From Deltaproteobacteria bacterium (GTDB taxonomy: Bacteria; Desulfobacterota; Binatia; UBA12015): 64,000 nt of DNA. Numbering within the stretch: position 1 is the first letter of the stretch; every line of letters begins with the position of its first letter. Where the stretch lies: contig JAYGCM010000057.1 of assembly GCA_046583355.1 (NCBI GenBank), forward strand, positions 32,006 to 96,005, read 5' to 3'. The notes beneath the pieces were generated by a model. That model saw only the letters and a list, made by a program, of their open reading frames with translations, had not been told where the DNA came from and made no database searches. The position numbers and the translations under genes were made by a program. This document shows, piece by piece, positions 39,050-48,310 of the stretch.

Positions 39050-39709
39050 TCAGCTGCGGTGCGTGCCCCATTGGTTCCAATGCGTCAACTGGCCGGCCGG
39101 AAGGCGCTTGGCCTCCTTGAAATCGTCACCGGTATAATAGGCAACGGGGAAGAGGACGGCTTGGGTCACGTCGGCCGGAAGGCCGAGTAATTCGGCGACC
39201 TTGGCCTCCTCGAAAAGGTGAATCGTCGTCCAGGCCATGCCCAACCCGCGCGCGCGCCCGGCCAGCATGAACGACCAGGCCGCCGGAAGGATCGATCCGT
39301 AGATCGAGGCCTGCGCGGCCAGAGGTCCGGTCTCGACGCGCCCCTCAATGCAAAAGATCACCAATGCCGGCGCCTCCTGCATATGCTCGGCGAGGTAGCT
39401 TGCCGAACTGACGACCCGATCCATCTGGCCGGTGCGCATATCATCGCTGGCGAAGGGGGCCGGCATCGACTCGCGCATGGCGGCATAGCCCGCGAAGCCT
39501 TGGCGGTAGACATCGGCGATGGCCGCCTTCTTGTCGGCATCGGTCACGACGACCACGCTCCAGCCCTGCATATTCGAACCCGTAGGTGCCTGGAAGGCGA
39601 CCTCGAGGCATTCTTCGATCAACTCGGGAGCAACCGGCTTGTTGAAATCCAGGCGTTTGCGCACCGAGCGGGTGGTGCGCAGCATCTTGTCAGCAGAAAT
39701 CGTCGTCAT
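39050..39709 (-). CDS. nitroreductase family protein
   Basis: RRSVRKRLDFNKPV...FQAPTGSNMQGWS matches the FMN nitroreductase fold. Confidence 0.8.
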   Translation of the reverse strand: MTTISADKMLRTTRSVRKRLDFNKPVAPELIEECLEVAFQAPTGSNMQGWSVVVVTDADKKAAIADVYRQGFAGYAAMRESMPAPFASDDMRTGQMDRVVSSASYLAEHMQEAPALVIFCIEGRVETGPLAAQASIYGSILPAAWSFMLAGRARGLGMAWTTIHLFEEAKVAELLGLPADVTQAVLFPVAYYTGDDFKEAKRLPAGQLTHWNQWGTHRS

Positions 39710-39736
39710 CGAAAAATACCCTTGGGTTAGAAGCGT

Positions 39737-40261
39737 TCAATCCTGATCGGCGGGATCGTCTTGGGTGAGAACGCCAGTAAAAAGAAGCAGCACGACGCCT
39801 ATGCTGATGAAGGAATCGGCGACATTGAAGGCCGGCCAATGCCAATCACCGATATAGACATCGAGGAAATCGATCACCGAGCCATAGGCGAGCCGGTCAA
39901 TCGTGTTGCCCAGCGCGCCCCCCAGCACGAAGGCACATGCGATCAGCGTGCGCTTGTCCTGCGGCGGCGTCACGCGCACGAAATAGCCGATCGCGCCGAC
40001 CGCGATCACGGCCACGCCGAGAAAGAAGGGCTCGCGAAAGCTCGCGGGCAGGTCCGAGAACATGCTGAAGGCGGCACCGGTATTGCGCACATAGGTAAGC
40101 GAGAAGAAGCCGTCGATCACCGGAATCGATTGATAGAGCCGCATATCGGCGTCGATCCAGAGTTTGGTCCATTGGTCGGCGACGATGATCGCCAACGCGA
40201 GGATGCCGACCAGCGCGTATTTGCCGCCGCTGCCAGCCGACTCGGTATCGTCAGCCGGCAT
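39737..40261 (-). CDS. lspA: lipoprotein signal peptidase (signal peptidase II)
   Basis: WTKLW, FSLTYVRNTGAAFS and the conserved Asp residues are present. The start at 40261 (MPADDTE) lies just after the ileS stop, giving the conserved ileS-lspA order. Confidence 0.9.
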   Translation of the reverse strand: MPADDTESAGSGGKYALVGILALAIIVADQWTKLWIDADMRLYQSIPVIDGFFSLTYVRNTGAAFSMFSDLPASFREPFFLGVAVIAVGAIGYFVRVTPPQDKRTLIACAFVLGGALGNTIDRLAYGSVIDFLDVYIGDWHWPAFNVADSFISIGVVLLLFTGVLTQDDPADQD

Positions 40262-43100
40262 CGGGCTCACCTTCGACCTCAGCCGGACGCTCGATACGCG
40301 AGAGCACATCCGCACAACGTCCGCAGACTTCGCTGAACGCGGCCTCCGCACCGACATCGTCGCGGTAGATCCAGCAGCGCTCGCATTTCTCACCGCTGGT
40401 GCGGCGCACCGCTACTCCGAGGCCGGCGCAAAGATCACTCTCGGGCAGCCCCGCCTCGAGGCTCACGCTGGAGACGATCAACAACTCCGGCAACTGCTCC
40501 TCATGTTCGCGCAGCAGATCGCCCAAGGCGCCGTCCGCGCTCAGGGCGACATGTGCCTCGAGCGAATGGCCGAGGTGGCCGGCCTGACGCTCGGTCTCGA
40601 TGGCCTTGGTGGCCGCCGCACGCACCTCCAGCAAGCGATCGAAGGTCGCCGCAAGCTGGTCGTCGCGCCAGGCCGCGGGCGGCACCGGGAAGTCGAGCAA
40701 TAAGGCACTCTCGGGATCACCCTCGCGGTGCACCAGGGAGGACCAGACATCGTCGGCGAGAAAGGAGAGAATCGGTGCGGCCATGCCGACCAGGCCGCGC
40801 ACGATTTCATACATGACGGTCTGCGCGGCGCGGCGCTCGGCATCGTCCGGCGCGCTGCAATAGAGCCGGTCTTTGACCACATCGAGATAACGCGCGCTCA
40901 GATCGGTCGCGCAATAATTATTCAGCAGGTGGTAGACCGTGTGGAACTCGTAGGCCTCATAGCCGTTGCGCGCGCGCTCCTGGGCCCGCGAGAGGCGGTC
41001 CAGAGCCCAGCGTTCCAGCTCGGGCAGATCGGCGTAGTCCACGGCGTGCAGGGCGGGGTCGAAATCACCAAGGTTGCCCAGCAGGAAACGCGAGGTATTG
41101 CGCAGGCGTCGGTAGGCCTCGACGAGGTGACTGAGAATCTCTTCAGAGAAACTCACATCACTACGGTAATCCTCGGCAGCCACCCAAAGACGCAGGATAT
41201 CGGCGCCGAATTTCTTGATGATCTTGTCGGGCGAGAGCGCGTTGCCGACAGATTTCGACATCTTGCGGCCCTTGCCGTCAAGAATGAAGCCGTGTGTGAG
41301 GCACGCCTTGTACGGCGCCCGGCCACGGTTCGCGACCGAGGTCAGCAGCGAGGTATGAAACCAGCCACGGTGCTGGTCGGAGCCCTCAAGGTAGAGATCC
41401 GCCGGCACGCGCAAGGAATCCTTTTTCTCCAACACCGAGGCATGGCTCACACCGGAGTCAAACCACACATCGAGGATATCATTCTCCTTGATGAGCTTCG
41501 TGCTCTGACACGAGGGACAGACAAAACCCGGCGGCAACAATTCCGCCAACGGCCGCGCCCACCAGGCATCCGAGCCTTCGGTCTCCACGATATCGGCCAC
41601 ATGATCGGCCATCGCGCCGTCGAGGTGCGACGCCCCGCAATCTTCGCAATGCACGGCGACAATCGGCACGCCCCAGGAACGCTGGCGCGAAATGCACCAA
41701 TCCGGGCGCCCTTCGATCATGCCGCGAATCCGCGCGCGTCCCCACTCGGGGATCCATTGAACCTCGTCGATCTCGGCCAGGGCCTTCTTGCGCAGGTCGG
41801 CGTGCTCCATCGACACGAACCATTGCTCGGTGGCGCGGAAGAAAAGCGGCTTCCGGCAGCGCCAACAATGCGGGAAACTATGCTCCAGCGTCGCATGGGC
41901 CACCAGCGTGCCGGCCTTGGCCAGCGTCTCGATGACCAGAGGGTCGGCATCGCGAATCTTCACGCCGACGAATTCGGGGACTTCGTCCGTGAAGCAGCCT
42001 AAGGAGTCGACCGGCGAGTAGGCGTCTATGCCGTAGCGCAGGCCGATTTCGTAATCTTCCTGGCCGTGACCGGGAGCCGTATGCACGACGCCCGTGCCAC
42101 TCTCGAGCGTCACATGGTCGCCCAAGAGGACCGGCACTTTGCGCTCGAGCCAAGGATGGTCGAGTTGCATTTTCTCGAGCTTGCGCGGGTCGACCGCGAT
42201 GCGCTCGCTGCCGGCGTTCTCCGTAAGCCCGGCCTCCTTGAGGAAGGTCTCGGCCAAACCGGCCGCGACTACCAGGAGTTCGTCGTCGACCGAGAGCGCC
42301 ACGTATTCAAGCGCCGGGTTGAGCGAGATCGCCAACGAGGCAGGCAGGGTCCAGGGCGTCGTGGTCCAAGCGACCAACGAGACCTTCTCGCATGCGGCGA
42401 GTATCTCCTGGCCCTTGCCCGTCGCGCTGCGCGCCACGGCTTCGCGGTCGTAGACGCGGTAGCGGATCCAGATGCTCGGCGAGCGCTTGTCCTGGTACTC
42501 AACCTCGGCCTCGGCCAGCGCTGTGGCACACGACGAGCACCAATAGACCGGCTTCTTCTTGCGATAGAGCGAACCGGAGGCGGCGAGTTTGCCGAGCTCG
42601 CGGATTTCCTGGGCCTCGTAGGCGGGCGTGAGCGTCAGGTAGGGGTCTTGGAAATCACCGACCACGCCGAGTCGCTCGATGCCCTCGCGCTGCAAGCCGA
42701 CGAATTTCATCGCGTAGTCGGCACAGAGCCGGCGCACCTCGACGGCCGAGAGCTCAGCCTTTTTCTTGCGGCCGATTTCTTTTTCGACCTGAAGTTCGAT
42801 CGGCAAGCCGTGGCAATCCCAGCCCGGCGTAAACGGCGCGCGGTAGCCGGCCATGGTCCGGTATTTAACGACCAGATCCTTGAGCACGCGGTTCATCACA
42901 TGGCCCAGATGCATCACGCCGTTGGCGTAGGGCGGGCCATCATGCAGGACGAAAAGTGGTGCCTCGGCACGGTTCTCGAGCATCCGCTCGTAGAGGCGGC
43001 CCTCGGCCCAGGTCGCCAGGCGCTCGGGCTCGCGCTTGGCGGCATTGGCGCGCATGGGAAAATCGGTCTGCGGCAGGTTCAGGGTCGCACGGTAGTCCAT
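40251..43100 (-). CDS. ileS: isoleucine--tRNA ligase
   Basis: HMGH-type motif PPYANGVMHLGHVMN and KMSKS in a 949-aa protein. Confidence 0.97.
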   Translation of the reverse strand: MDYRATLNLPQTDFPMRANAAKREPERLATWAEGRLYERMLENRAEAPLFVLHDGPPYANGVMHLGHVMNRVLKDLVVKYRTMAGYRAPFTPGWDCHGLPIELQVEKEIGRKKKAELSAVEVRRLCADYAMKFVGLQREGIERLGVVGDFQDPYLTLTPAYEAQEIRELGKLAASGSLYRKKKPVYWCSSCATALAEAEVEYQDKRSPSIWIRYRVYDREAVARSATGKGQEILAACEKVSLVAWTTTPWTLPASLAISLNPALEYVALSVDDELLVVAAGLAETFLKEAGLTENAGSERIAVDPRKLEKMQLDHPWLERKVPVLLGDHVTLESGTGVVHTAPGHGQEDYEIGLRYGIDAYSPVDSLGCFTDEVPEFVGVKIRDADPLVIETLAKAGTLVAHATLEHSFPHCWRCRKPLFFRATEQWFVSMEHADLRKKALAEIDEVQWIPEWGRARIRGMIEGRPDWCISRQRSWGVPIVAVHCEDCGASHLDGAMADHVADIVETEGSDAWWARPLAELLPPGFVCPSCQSTKLIKENDILDVWFDSGVSHASVLEKKDSLRVPADLYLEGSDQHRGWFHTSLLTSVANRGRAPYKACLTHGFILDGKGRKMSKSVGNALSPDKIIKKFGADILRLWVAAEDYRSDVSFSEEILSHLVEAYRRLRNTSRFLLGNLGDFDPALHAVDYADLPELERWALDRLSRAQERARNGYEAYEFHTVYHLLNNYCATDLSARYLDVVKDRLYCSAPDDAERRAAQTVMYEIVRGLVGMAAPILSFLADDVWSSLVHREGDPESALLLDFPVPPAAWRDDQLAATFDRLLEVRAAATKAIETERQAGHLGHSLEAHVALSADGALGDLLREHEEQLPELLIVSSVSLEAGLPESDLCAGLGVAVRRTSGEKCERCWIYRDDVGAEAAFSEVCGRCADVLSRIERPAEVEGEPDAG

Positions 43101-43261
43101 CAGGAACGTCTCACGCGCTGATAGGGACCTTCATTGAGGCTCGAATCTCCGATTTGCACAGCAAATTGGGTCGTCGTTGGCGACCTCGATGTCAACTCCG
43201 GCCGGGCCTGCGCTGAGCCCGGCTGGACTTCAGGGTCCCGTGCGGAGAAAGCTCCGGGTGG

Positions 43262-45304
43262 ATGTTCAGACCACACCCCTTCTGCGAACGAGGCTCGCAC
43301 CGGCGCCTGGCACCACTTCTCGCCGGCCTCACCCTTGTCCTGCTGGGTGCGTGCCAGGCTTCCGAGCCGCGGCTCGCGCCCCTCTATTTTCTGGAGCAAG
43401 AGCTGGCCGGCGGGCTGCGAGCCGACGAGGTGCCGATCTGCGAGGTACGCAGCGAGCTGCGCCCATCCATCGGCTGTGGCAAGGCGCTCACCCTCGGGCG
43501 CCAGAAGCTCGCCTGGCCCGAAGGCGATTCAGCTCAGGCCAGCCACACCCTGCGTGCCCCTCTCACCATCCCCCTGCTGATCGCAGCCAAGCTCGGCGCG
43601 GCGCCGCTCACAGGCTCAATTCCCGTGGCCCCCTTTCGTCTCCCGGCAGGTACCGGCAACTTCACGCTCAGCCTGCCCGTGACAGACCTGGCCCCGCACG
43701 CGACGTTGCGCCTCAACGTCATCGCCTACCCGATCCACCCACGCCCCCGGCGCAAGACGCACTCGCTTGCCATCCCGGCGCGAGCCAGCCTGACGGTCAG
43801 CCTCGGCGTTCGTGAAGAAGCCCGTCAGGCCAAGCTCGGCACGATCCGCTTTCACCTCAGCGCGCACGACGAAGACGGCAACCAAATCTCTCTGCTCGAC
43901 GAAACGCTCACGCCCGAAGCGCTCCGCAGCGGATGGAACGACCGCCGGATCGACCTCGCCCACCTCGGCGGCCGTAAGGTAAGCTTTCATTTTGCCACCG
44001 AGGCCACCGAGGAATTCGCCGGCATGCTGCCGCTCTGGGGGGCACCGCAGGTCCTCGCACCCGTTGCCGATGCGAACGTACCCAATCTGCTCTTGATCTC
44101 GCTCGATACCATGCGTGCAGACATGATCGGCATGCAACTCGCCGGGCGACCCGTGACACCCTTTCTCGAGAGCCTGATCGCCCAGGGCACGCTCTTTTCC
44201 TCCGCGATCACCACCTTCTCCTCGACCACTGCCGCCCATATGAGCCTTTTCACCGGCGTCTACCCGCGCGTCCATGGCGTGGACTTCCCGACCCGCGTTC
44301 TCCCGCCGCAGATTCCCACGCTTGCGCGCCTGCTCGCGCAGCATGGGTGGGAAACTGCTGCGGTTACCGAGAACGGAATGATCGGCGCGCGCAGCGGCTT
44401 TGCGCGCGGCTTCCGCTTTTATCGGGAGAACCGGGAGAGCACGAGCTCATGGGTCCAGGCGAGCCTGATACGCAAAACCTTCGCGGACGGGCTCTCCTGG
44501 ATGCGCTCGCATGCCCACGACCGCTTCTTCTTCTTCCTCCATACCTACGAGGTCCACGACCCCTACCAGCCACCGCCCGAGCATGACCTCTTCCCCGCCC
44601 ACGGCGGCCAACTGCAATTTGCGAAGCATGCCGGCGAGGCACATTTCGTCGATGCCGAACTCGCGAAACTCTTCGCCGCCCTGCGCGATGCAGGAATTCT
44701 GGACCAGACGATCGTGATCATCACCTCCGACCACGGCGAGAGTTTCGGGGAAGGCGGCCACGTCGGCCATAGTGGCGCCATGGTGGAGAGCGTGATGCGA
44801 GTCCCGCTTCTCGTCTGGGCACCCGGCCGGGTGCCCGCAGGCCGGCGCATCGACACGCAGATCTCGATTGTCGATCTCATGCCGACCATTCTCGACCTGC
44901 TCGGTGCAGCGCCGCCATCGGTCTCCAACGGATATAGCCTCGCCGGATTTCTGCGCGGCGAGAAGACACCGGCGTTGCCGACGTTGCGCTTCGCCGAGGC
45001 GCCCAACGGGAAGAACCGGACCACCCGGATCGTGGCACGAAGGGCAGACCGTAAATGGGTGATCGACCCGCTTGCGGGCGGCGCCGTGGAGGCCTTCGAC
45101 CTGGGCCCCGACGGCCGCGAAAAGATCCGCGCAGCCGCGCAGACGGACACCACCGAGGGGCGGCTGCTGCAAAAGGCCTTCGAGCGTGAGGTCGCCGACA
45201 CGCGCCGCCGCTTCTCGCTCGAGACCGCTGCTGCGACCGTGCTCGACACAGAGCTCGACTCGATCACGGCAAAAAAACTCAAGGCCTTAGGCTATATCGA
45301 CTGA
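43262..45304 (+). CDS. sulfatase-family lipoprotein with an N-terminal non-catalytic domain
   Basis: Lipobox LLGAC. Sulfatase signatures LLISLDTMRADM and ...SSTTAAHMSLFTG (the AAH triplet standing in for the Cys/Ser-X-Pro-X-Arg formylglycine region), and a C-terminal metal-binding DHGE. Confidence 0.8.
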   Translation: MFRPHPFCERGSHRRLAPLLAGLTLVLLGACQASEPRLAPLYFLEQELAGGLRADEVPICEVRSELRPSIGCGKALTLGRQKLAWPEGDSAQASHTLRAPLTIPLLIAAKLGAAPLTGSIPVAPFRLPAGTGNFTLSLPVTDLAPHATLRLNVIAYPIHPRPRRKTHSLAIPARASLTVSLGVREEARQAKLGTIRFHLSAHDEDGNQISLLDETLTPEALRSGWNDRRIDLAHLGGRKVSFHFATEATEEFAGMLPLWGAPQVLAPVADANVPNLLLISLDTMRADMIGMQLAGRPVTPFLESLIAQGTLFSSAITTFSSTTAAHMSLFTGVYPRVHGVDFPTRVLPPQIPTLARLLAQHGWETAAVTENGMIGARSGFARGFRFYRENRESTSSWVQASLIRKTFADGLSWMRSHAHDRFFFFLHTYEVHDPYQPPPEHDLFPAHGGQLQFAKHAGEAHFVDAELAKLFAALRDAGILDQTIVIITSDHGESFGEGGHVGHSGAMVESVMRVPLLVWAPGRVPAGRRIDTQISIVDLMPTILDLLGAAPPSVSNGYSLAGFLRGEKTPALPTLRFAEAPNGKNRTTRIVARRADRKWVIDPLAGGAVEAFDLGPDGREKIRAAAQTDTTEGRLLQKAFEREVADTRRRFSLETAAATVLDTELDSITAKKLKALGYID

Positions 45305-45418
45305 GCTGGCATGCCCAGGCCAAGCGCCCGGGCCGGCACGGGTGCGAAGCTGCCAAACGTTTGGTTAGAGGGGGGGAGGAATCAACTCGGGCGACTGGCC
45401 CGAAAGGAGCACAAGGCA

Positions 45419-46507
45419 ATGAAGGCAGTCGTCTTTCGCGGTGAAGGAAAATACGGAGTCGAAGAGGTCCAGCTGGATCCGCCCCAAGCGGGCGAAGTTC
45501 GCATCAAGATGGGCGCCACCGGCGTCTGTCACTCGGACCTCTCGGTCATCAATGGCGTGCTGCCTCTGGCGCCGCCGCTGATCCTCGGTCACGAAGGTGC
45601 CGGGACCATTGCCGAACTCGGCGACGGCGTCGCCGACCTCGCCGTCGGCGACGCGGTGATTCTCTCCTTCATTCCGCAATGCGGAACCTGCAAGGAATGC
45701 CGCAACGGCCGTTACGTCTATTGTGAGACCAACCAGCCGCATGGCAAAATGCTCGACGGCACCGCCCGCGCACATGATGCCGACGGCGAGGAACTCGGCG
45801 TGATGCAATTCCTCGGCTGCATGGCCGAAGAAGCCATCGTCCCGGCGAGCTCGTGCGTCAAGGTCGACGGCTCGGTCCCCATGGACCGCTGCGCCCTGGT
45901 CGGCTGCGGTGTGACCACCGGCGTCGGCGCCGTATTCAATACGGCCGGGGTGACGCCGGGCTCGACCGTCGCGGTCTTCGGTTGCGGCGGCATCGGCCTC
46001 TCGATCATCCAGGGCGCGAAGCTCGCGGGTGCCAAGCAAATCATTGCGATCGACCTTGCCGACAACAAGCTGGAGATGGCCAAGAGCTTCGGTGCGACCG
46101 ATACCATCAACGGCGAAGACGGCATGGCCGTCATGAAGATCCACGAGCTCACCGGTGGCGGTGCCGATTTCGCCTTCGAAGCCGTCGGCGTACCCGCCTT
46201 GATGTCGCAGACCTATGACTGCGTCCGCCGCGGCGGCACGGCCACCATCGTCGGTGTCGGCAGCCTGACGGATAGCTTCCCTATCAATGCGTTGATGGTG
46301 TCGATGTCCGGCAAGGTGCTCAAGGGCAGCATGTACGGCGATGCCAACCCGCATGTCGACTTCCCGATGCTCCTGGACCTCTACCGCCAGGGCAAGCTGA
46401 ACCTGGACGATATGATCAGCTCGACCTATTCGATCGACGAGGCCGTGAAGGCCTTCGAGGATATGGAATCGAACAAAAACGCTCGCGGCGTCATCGTCTA
46501 CGAGTAG
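45419..46507 (+). CDS. zinc-dependent alcohol dehydrogenase (class III / formaldehyde dehydrogenase-like)
   Basis: GATGVCHSDLSV, GHEGAGTI and the structural zinc Cys cluster CGTCKEC. AAGGAG lies 10 nt before the ATG. Confidence 0.9.
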   Translation: MKAVVFRGEGKYGVEEVQLDPPQAGEVRIKMGATGVCHSDLSVINGVLPLAPPLILGHEGAGTIAELGDGVADLAVGDAVILSFIPQCGTCKECRNGRYVYCETNQPHGKMLDGTARAHDADGEELGVMQFLGCMAEEAIVPASSCVKVDGSVPMDRCALVGCGVTTGVGAVFNTAGVTPGSTVAVFGCGGIGLSIIQGAKLAGAKQIIAIDLADNKLEMAKSFGATDTINGEDGMAVMKIHELTGGGADFAFEAVGVPALMSQTYDCVRRGGTATIVGVGSLTDSFPINALMVSMSGKVLKGSMYGDANPHVDFPMLLDLYRQGKLNLDDMISSTYSIDEAVKAFEDMESNKNARGVIVYE

Positions 46508-46537
46508 CCTTCCCGCAACGCCTCCGGGCCGAGCCGA

Positions 46538-46571
46538 AGAGCCGTCACCCTTGGGTGGCGGCTCTTTTTTT
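46538..46571. terminator. Rho-independent terminator (bidirectional, between convergent genes)
   Basis: AGAGCCG - 13-nt loop - CGGCTCT followed by TTTTTTT. Confidence 0.75.
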
Positions 46572-46589
46572 GGCGCTGCTGCCGGCCTC

Positions 46590-47432
46590 TTAGAGATTCA
46601 GGCCGAGGCCGAAGATAACCGCGAGCGCCATCGTGACCAGCACGAATAGGGGCAGTAAAACGGCGAAGATCACACGCGGGACCGAGGTCTCTTGTGCCGC
46701 CGAAAGGCCGATGATCTGGACGATCAGCCCACCCCAGACAAAGACCAGAATCGGTCCGAGAACGGGCAGCAGACCCAGAACCGAAGCCGCGCCGGAGCTG
46801 TAGCAGGAGACCCGAAAGGTCGTCTCGAAGGGGTGATTCGCGCCGCCCACGAGCAGCAAGCAGAGGTGCGTGATCCCCGCGCCGAGGAACTGCCCCGCGA
46901 CCACGAAGAAGGGATAGAAGAAAACATAACTCATCCCGAGAAGAGTCGTATTCATCCCCCCCTCAAAGCCGCCCATGCTTCCGCCGAGGTCGAAATTGCC
47001 GGCGAAATCGAGCTCCGCACCGCGGAAAAGAAGGGTCGAGACGATGACCACCGGCCATCCGACCACCAGCATGAAGAAGATCGGCGTGCCGAAGCCGCCA
47101 CTGCGGCGCATGGTCGCGAAGGTCTCACGCGGCCGCGTCAGGACGAGGCTGATGGTCGTAAAGAGGCCGATCAGGAAGCCAAGTTCGGCGCGTTCCTCAA
47201 AGGGCGGGCCGGATTCCGCCACCGGACCCGCCTGGCCAAGCGGAGGCGGCCCACCCGCCGCAGCCGGTGGCATGAATTCCGCCATCGACTCGAGCGGGCA
47301 CCAATCGGCCATGCCTTCGGCCCAGGCCAAATCCCCCGGAAGGAAGCGGCCGGTCAAGAGCCCTTCGCGAATCTCATGCTCGGGGAAAACGCCCAGCGCT
47401 TCCCCGTCTCGACCCAGATGAAAATCCGCCAT
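46590..47432 (-). CDS. DUF4339 (GYF-like) N-terminal domain fused to a Yip1-type membrane domain
   Basis: N-terminal MADFHLGRDGEALGVFPEHEIREGL...WCPL, then five hydrophobic helices. Confidence 0.55.
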   Translation of the reverse strand: MADFHLGRDGEALGVFPEHEIREGLLTGRFLPGDLAWAEGMADWCPLESMAEFMPPAAAGGPPPLGQAGPVAESGPPFEERAELGFLIGLFTTISLVLTRPRETFATMRRSGGFGTPIFFMLVVGWPVVIVSTLLFRGAELDFAGNFDLGGSMGGFEGGMNTTLLGMSYVFFYPFFVVAGQFLGAGITHLCLLLVGGANHPFETTFRVSCYSSGAASVLGLLPVLGPILVFVWGGLIVQIIGLSAAQETSVPRVIFAVLLPLFVLVTMALAVIFGLGLNL

Positions 47433-47704
47433 CAGAACTCCGTTCCGCCCTCAGGCGCGACCTCAACCACGGCACCGCGCACAAGAACCGGCACGATACT
47501 CTTCCCCTTGGTGAGCTTGAGAAACTCCGTCAAAGCCTGCGGCGTCACCAGCAGATCTACCTCTTCGACCAACACGCCCTCGGCCGCAAGCCGCGCCCGA
47601 AGACGCTGCGAATGCGGGCATCCCGTTCGCGTATAAAGAAGCGCTCTCCCCACCTTCCGACGACGATAGACCGCGACGCCCCAAGTCGCCAGCCTTATCC
47701 TCAT
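47432..47704 (-). CDS. glutaredoxin-like small redox protein
   Basis: LLYTRTGCPHSQRLRARL matches the Grx/NrdH CPxC region (here CPHS). The stop overlaps the downstream start (TGATG). The start is uncertain. Confidence 0.55.
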   Translation of the reverse strand: MRIRLATWGVAVYRRRKVGRALLYTRTGCPHSQRLRARLAAEGVLVEEVDLLVTPQALTEFLKLTKGKSIVPVLVRGAVVEVAPEGGTEF

Positions 47705-47746
47705 TTCGGCGCCGCGCGGCAGCCATCCCTGGCCCCGGAACAAAGA

Positions 47747-48310
47747 TCAGCGATAGCCTCGCCACCGGCCGCGCAAGCGCAGCCAGCCGTTCGAGACCAG
47801 CAGAACCGCCAATGCCGCCACTGACACCAGAGGCATCCGAAGAACCTTGGCGGCGAAACGACGCAGCGAACCAAGAGACGAATTCCCGGCCCCGAAGATC
47901 CCCAGATGACTCGCGATGGCGGGCAGCCGCAGGAGAGTAACCGCACGGGCCTGCCCCTGATCGTCGAAGGCGACGATCGATCGGGTGCGCAGGAGAAAAG
48001 GCAATAGGCGCAATTCGCTGGTCGCGCCGCCCACCCGAATCGCGACGACATCATAAAGCTCCCGGCGCAGCTCGGGAAGCAAGGCGTAGCGCTCCTCCCA
48101 GCGAGCTACTCGCACGCGGGCGACATCGAGCGTCTCGCGCAGGTCCGCATCGGACTCGCGGAGCAGAATATCAATCCGCGCCTCGCCGAAAAGCCCGCGC
48201 ACCCGCTCGGTCAGATCCGCCATGGAGCTACCCTCGCCGGTCTGCACGATCAGCACCCGCGCCACCCCCAAGAGCGGAATCGGGCGCAGGAAGGTGAGCA
48301 GATTACTCAT
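47747..48310 (-). CDS. hypothetical protein (187 aa), last gene of the giant-GT operon
   Basis: ATG at 48310 (MSNLLTFLRP), 8 nt inside the upstream gene end, with GGAGGAGGG immediately upstream. The longer ORF to 48514 is an extension. Confidence 0.5.
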   Translation of the reverse strand: MSNLLTFLRPIPLLGVARVLIVQTGEGSSMADLTERVRGLFGEARIDILLRESDADLRETLDVARVRVARWEERYALLPELRRELYDVVAIRVGGATSELRLLPFLLRTRSIVAFDDQGQARAVTLLRLPAIASHLGIFGAGNSSLGSLRRFAAKVLRMPLVSVAALAVLLVSNGWLRLRGRWRGYR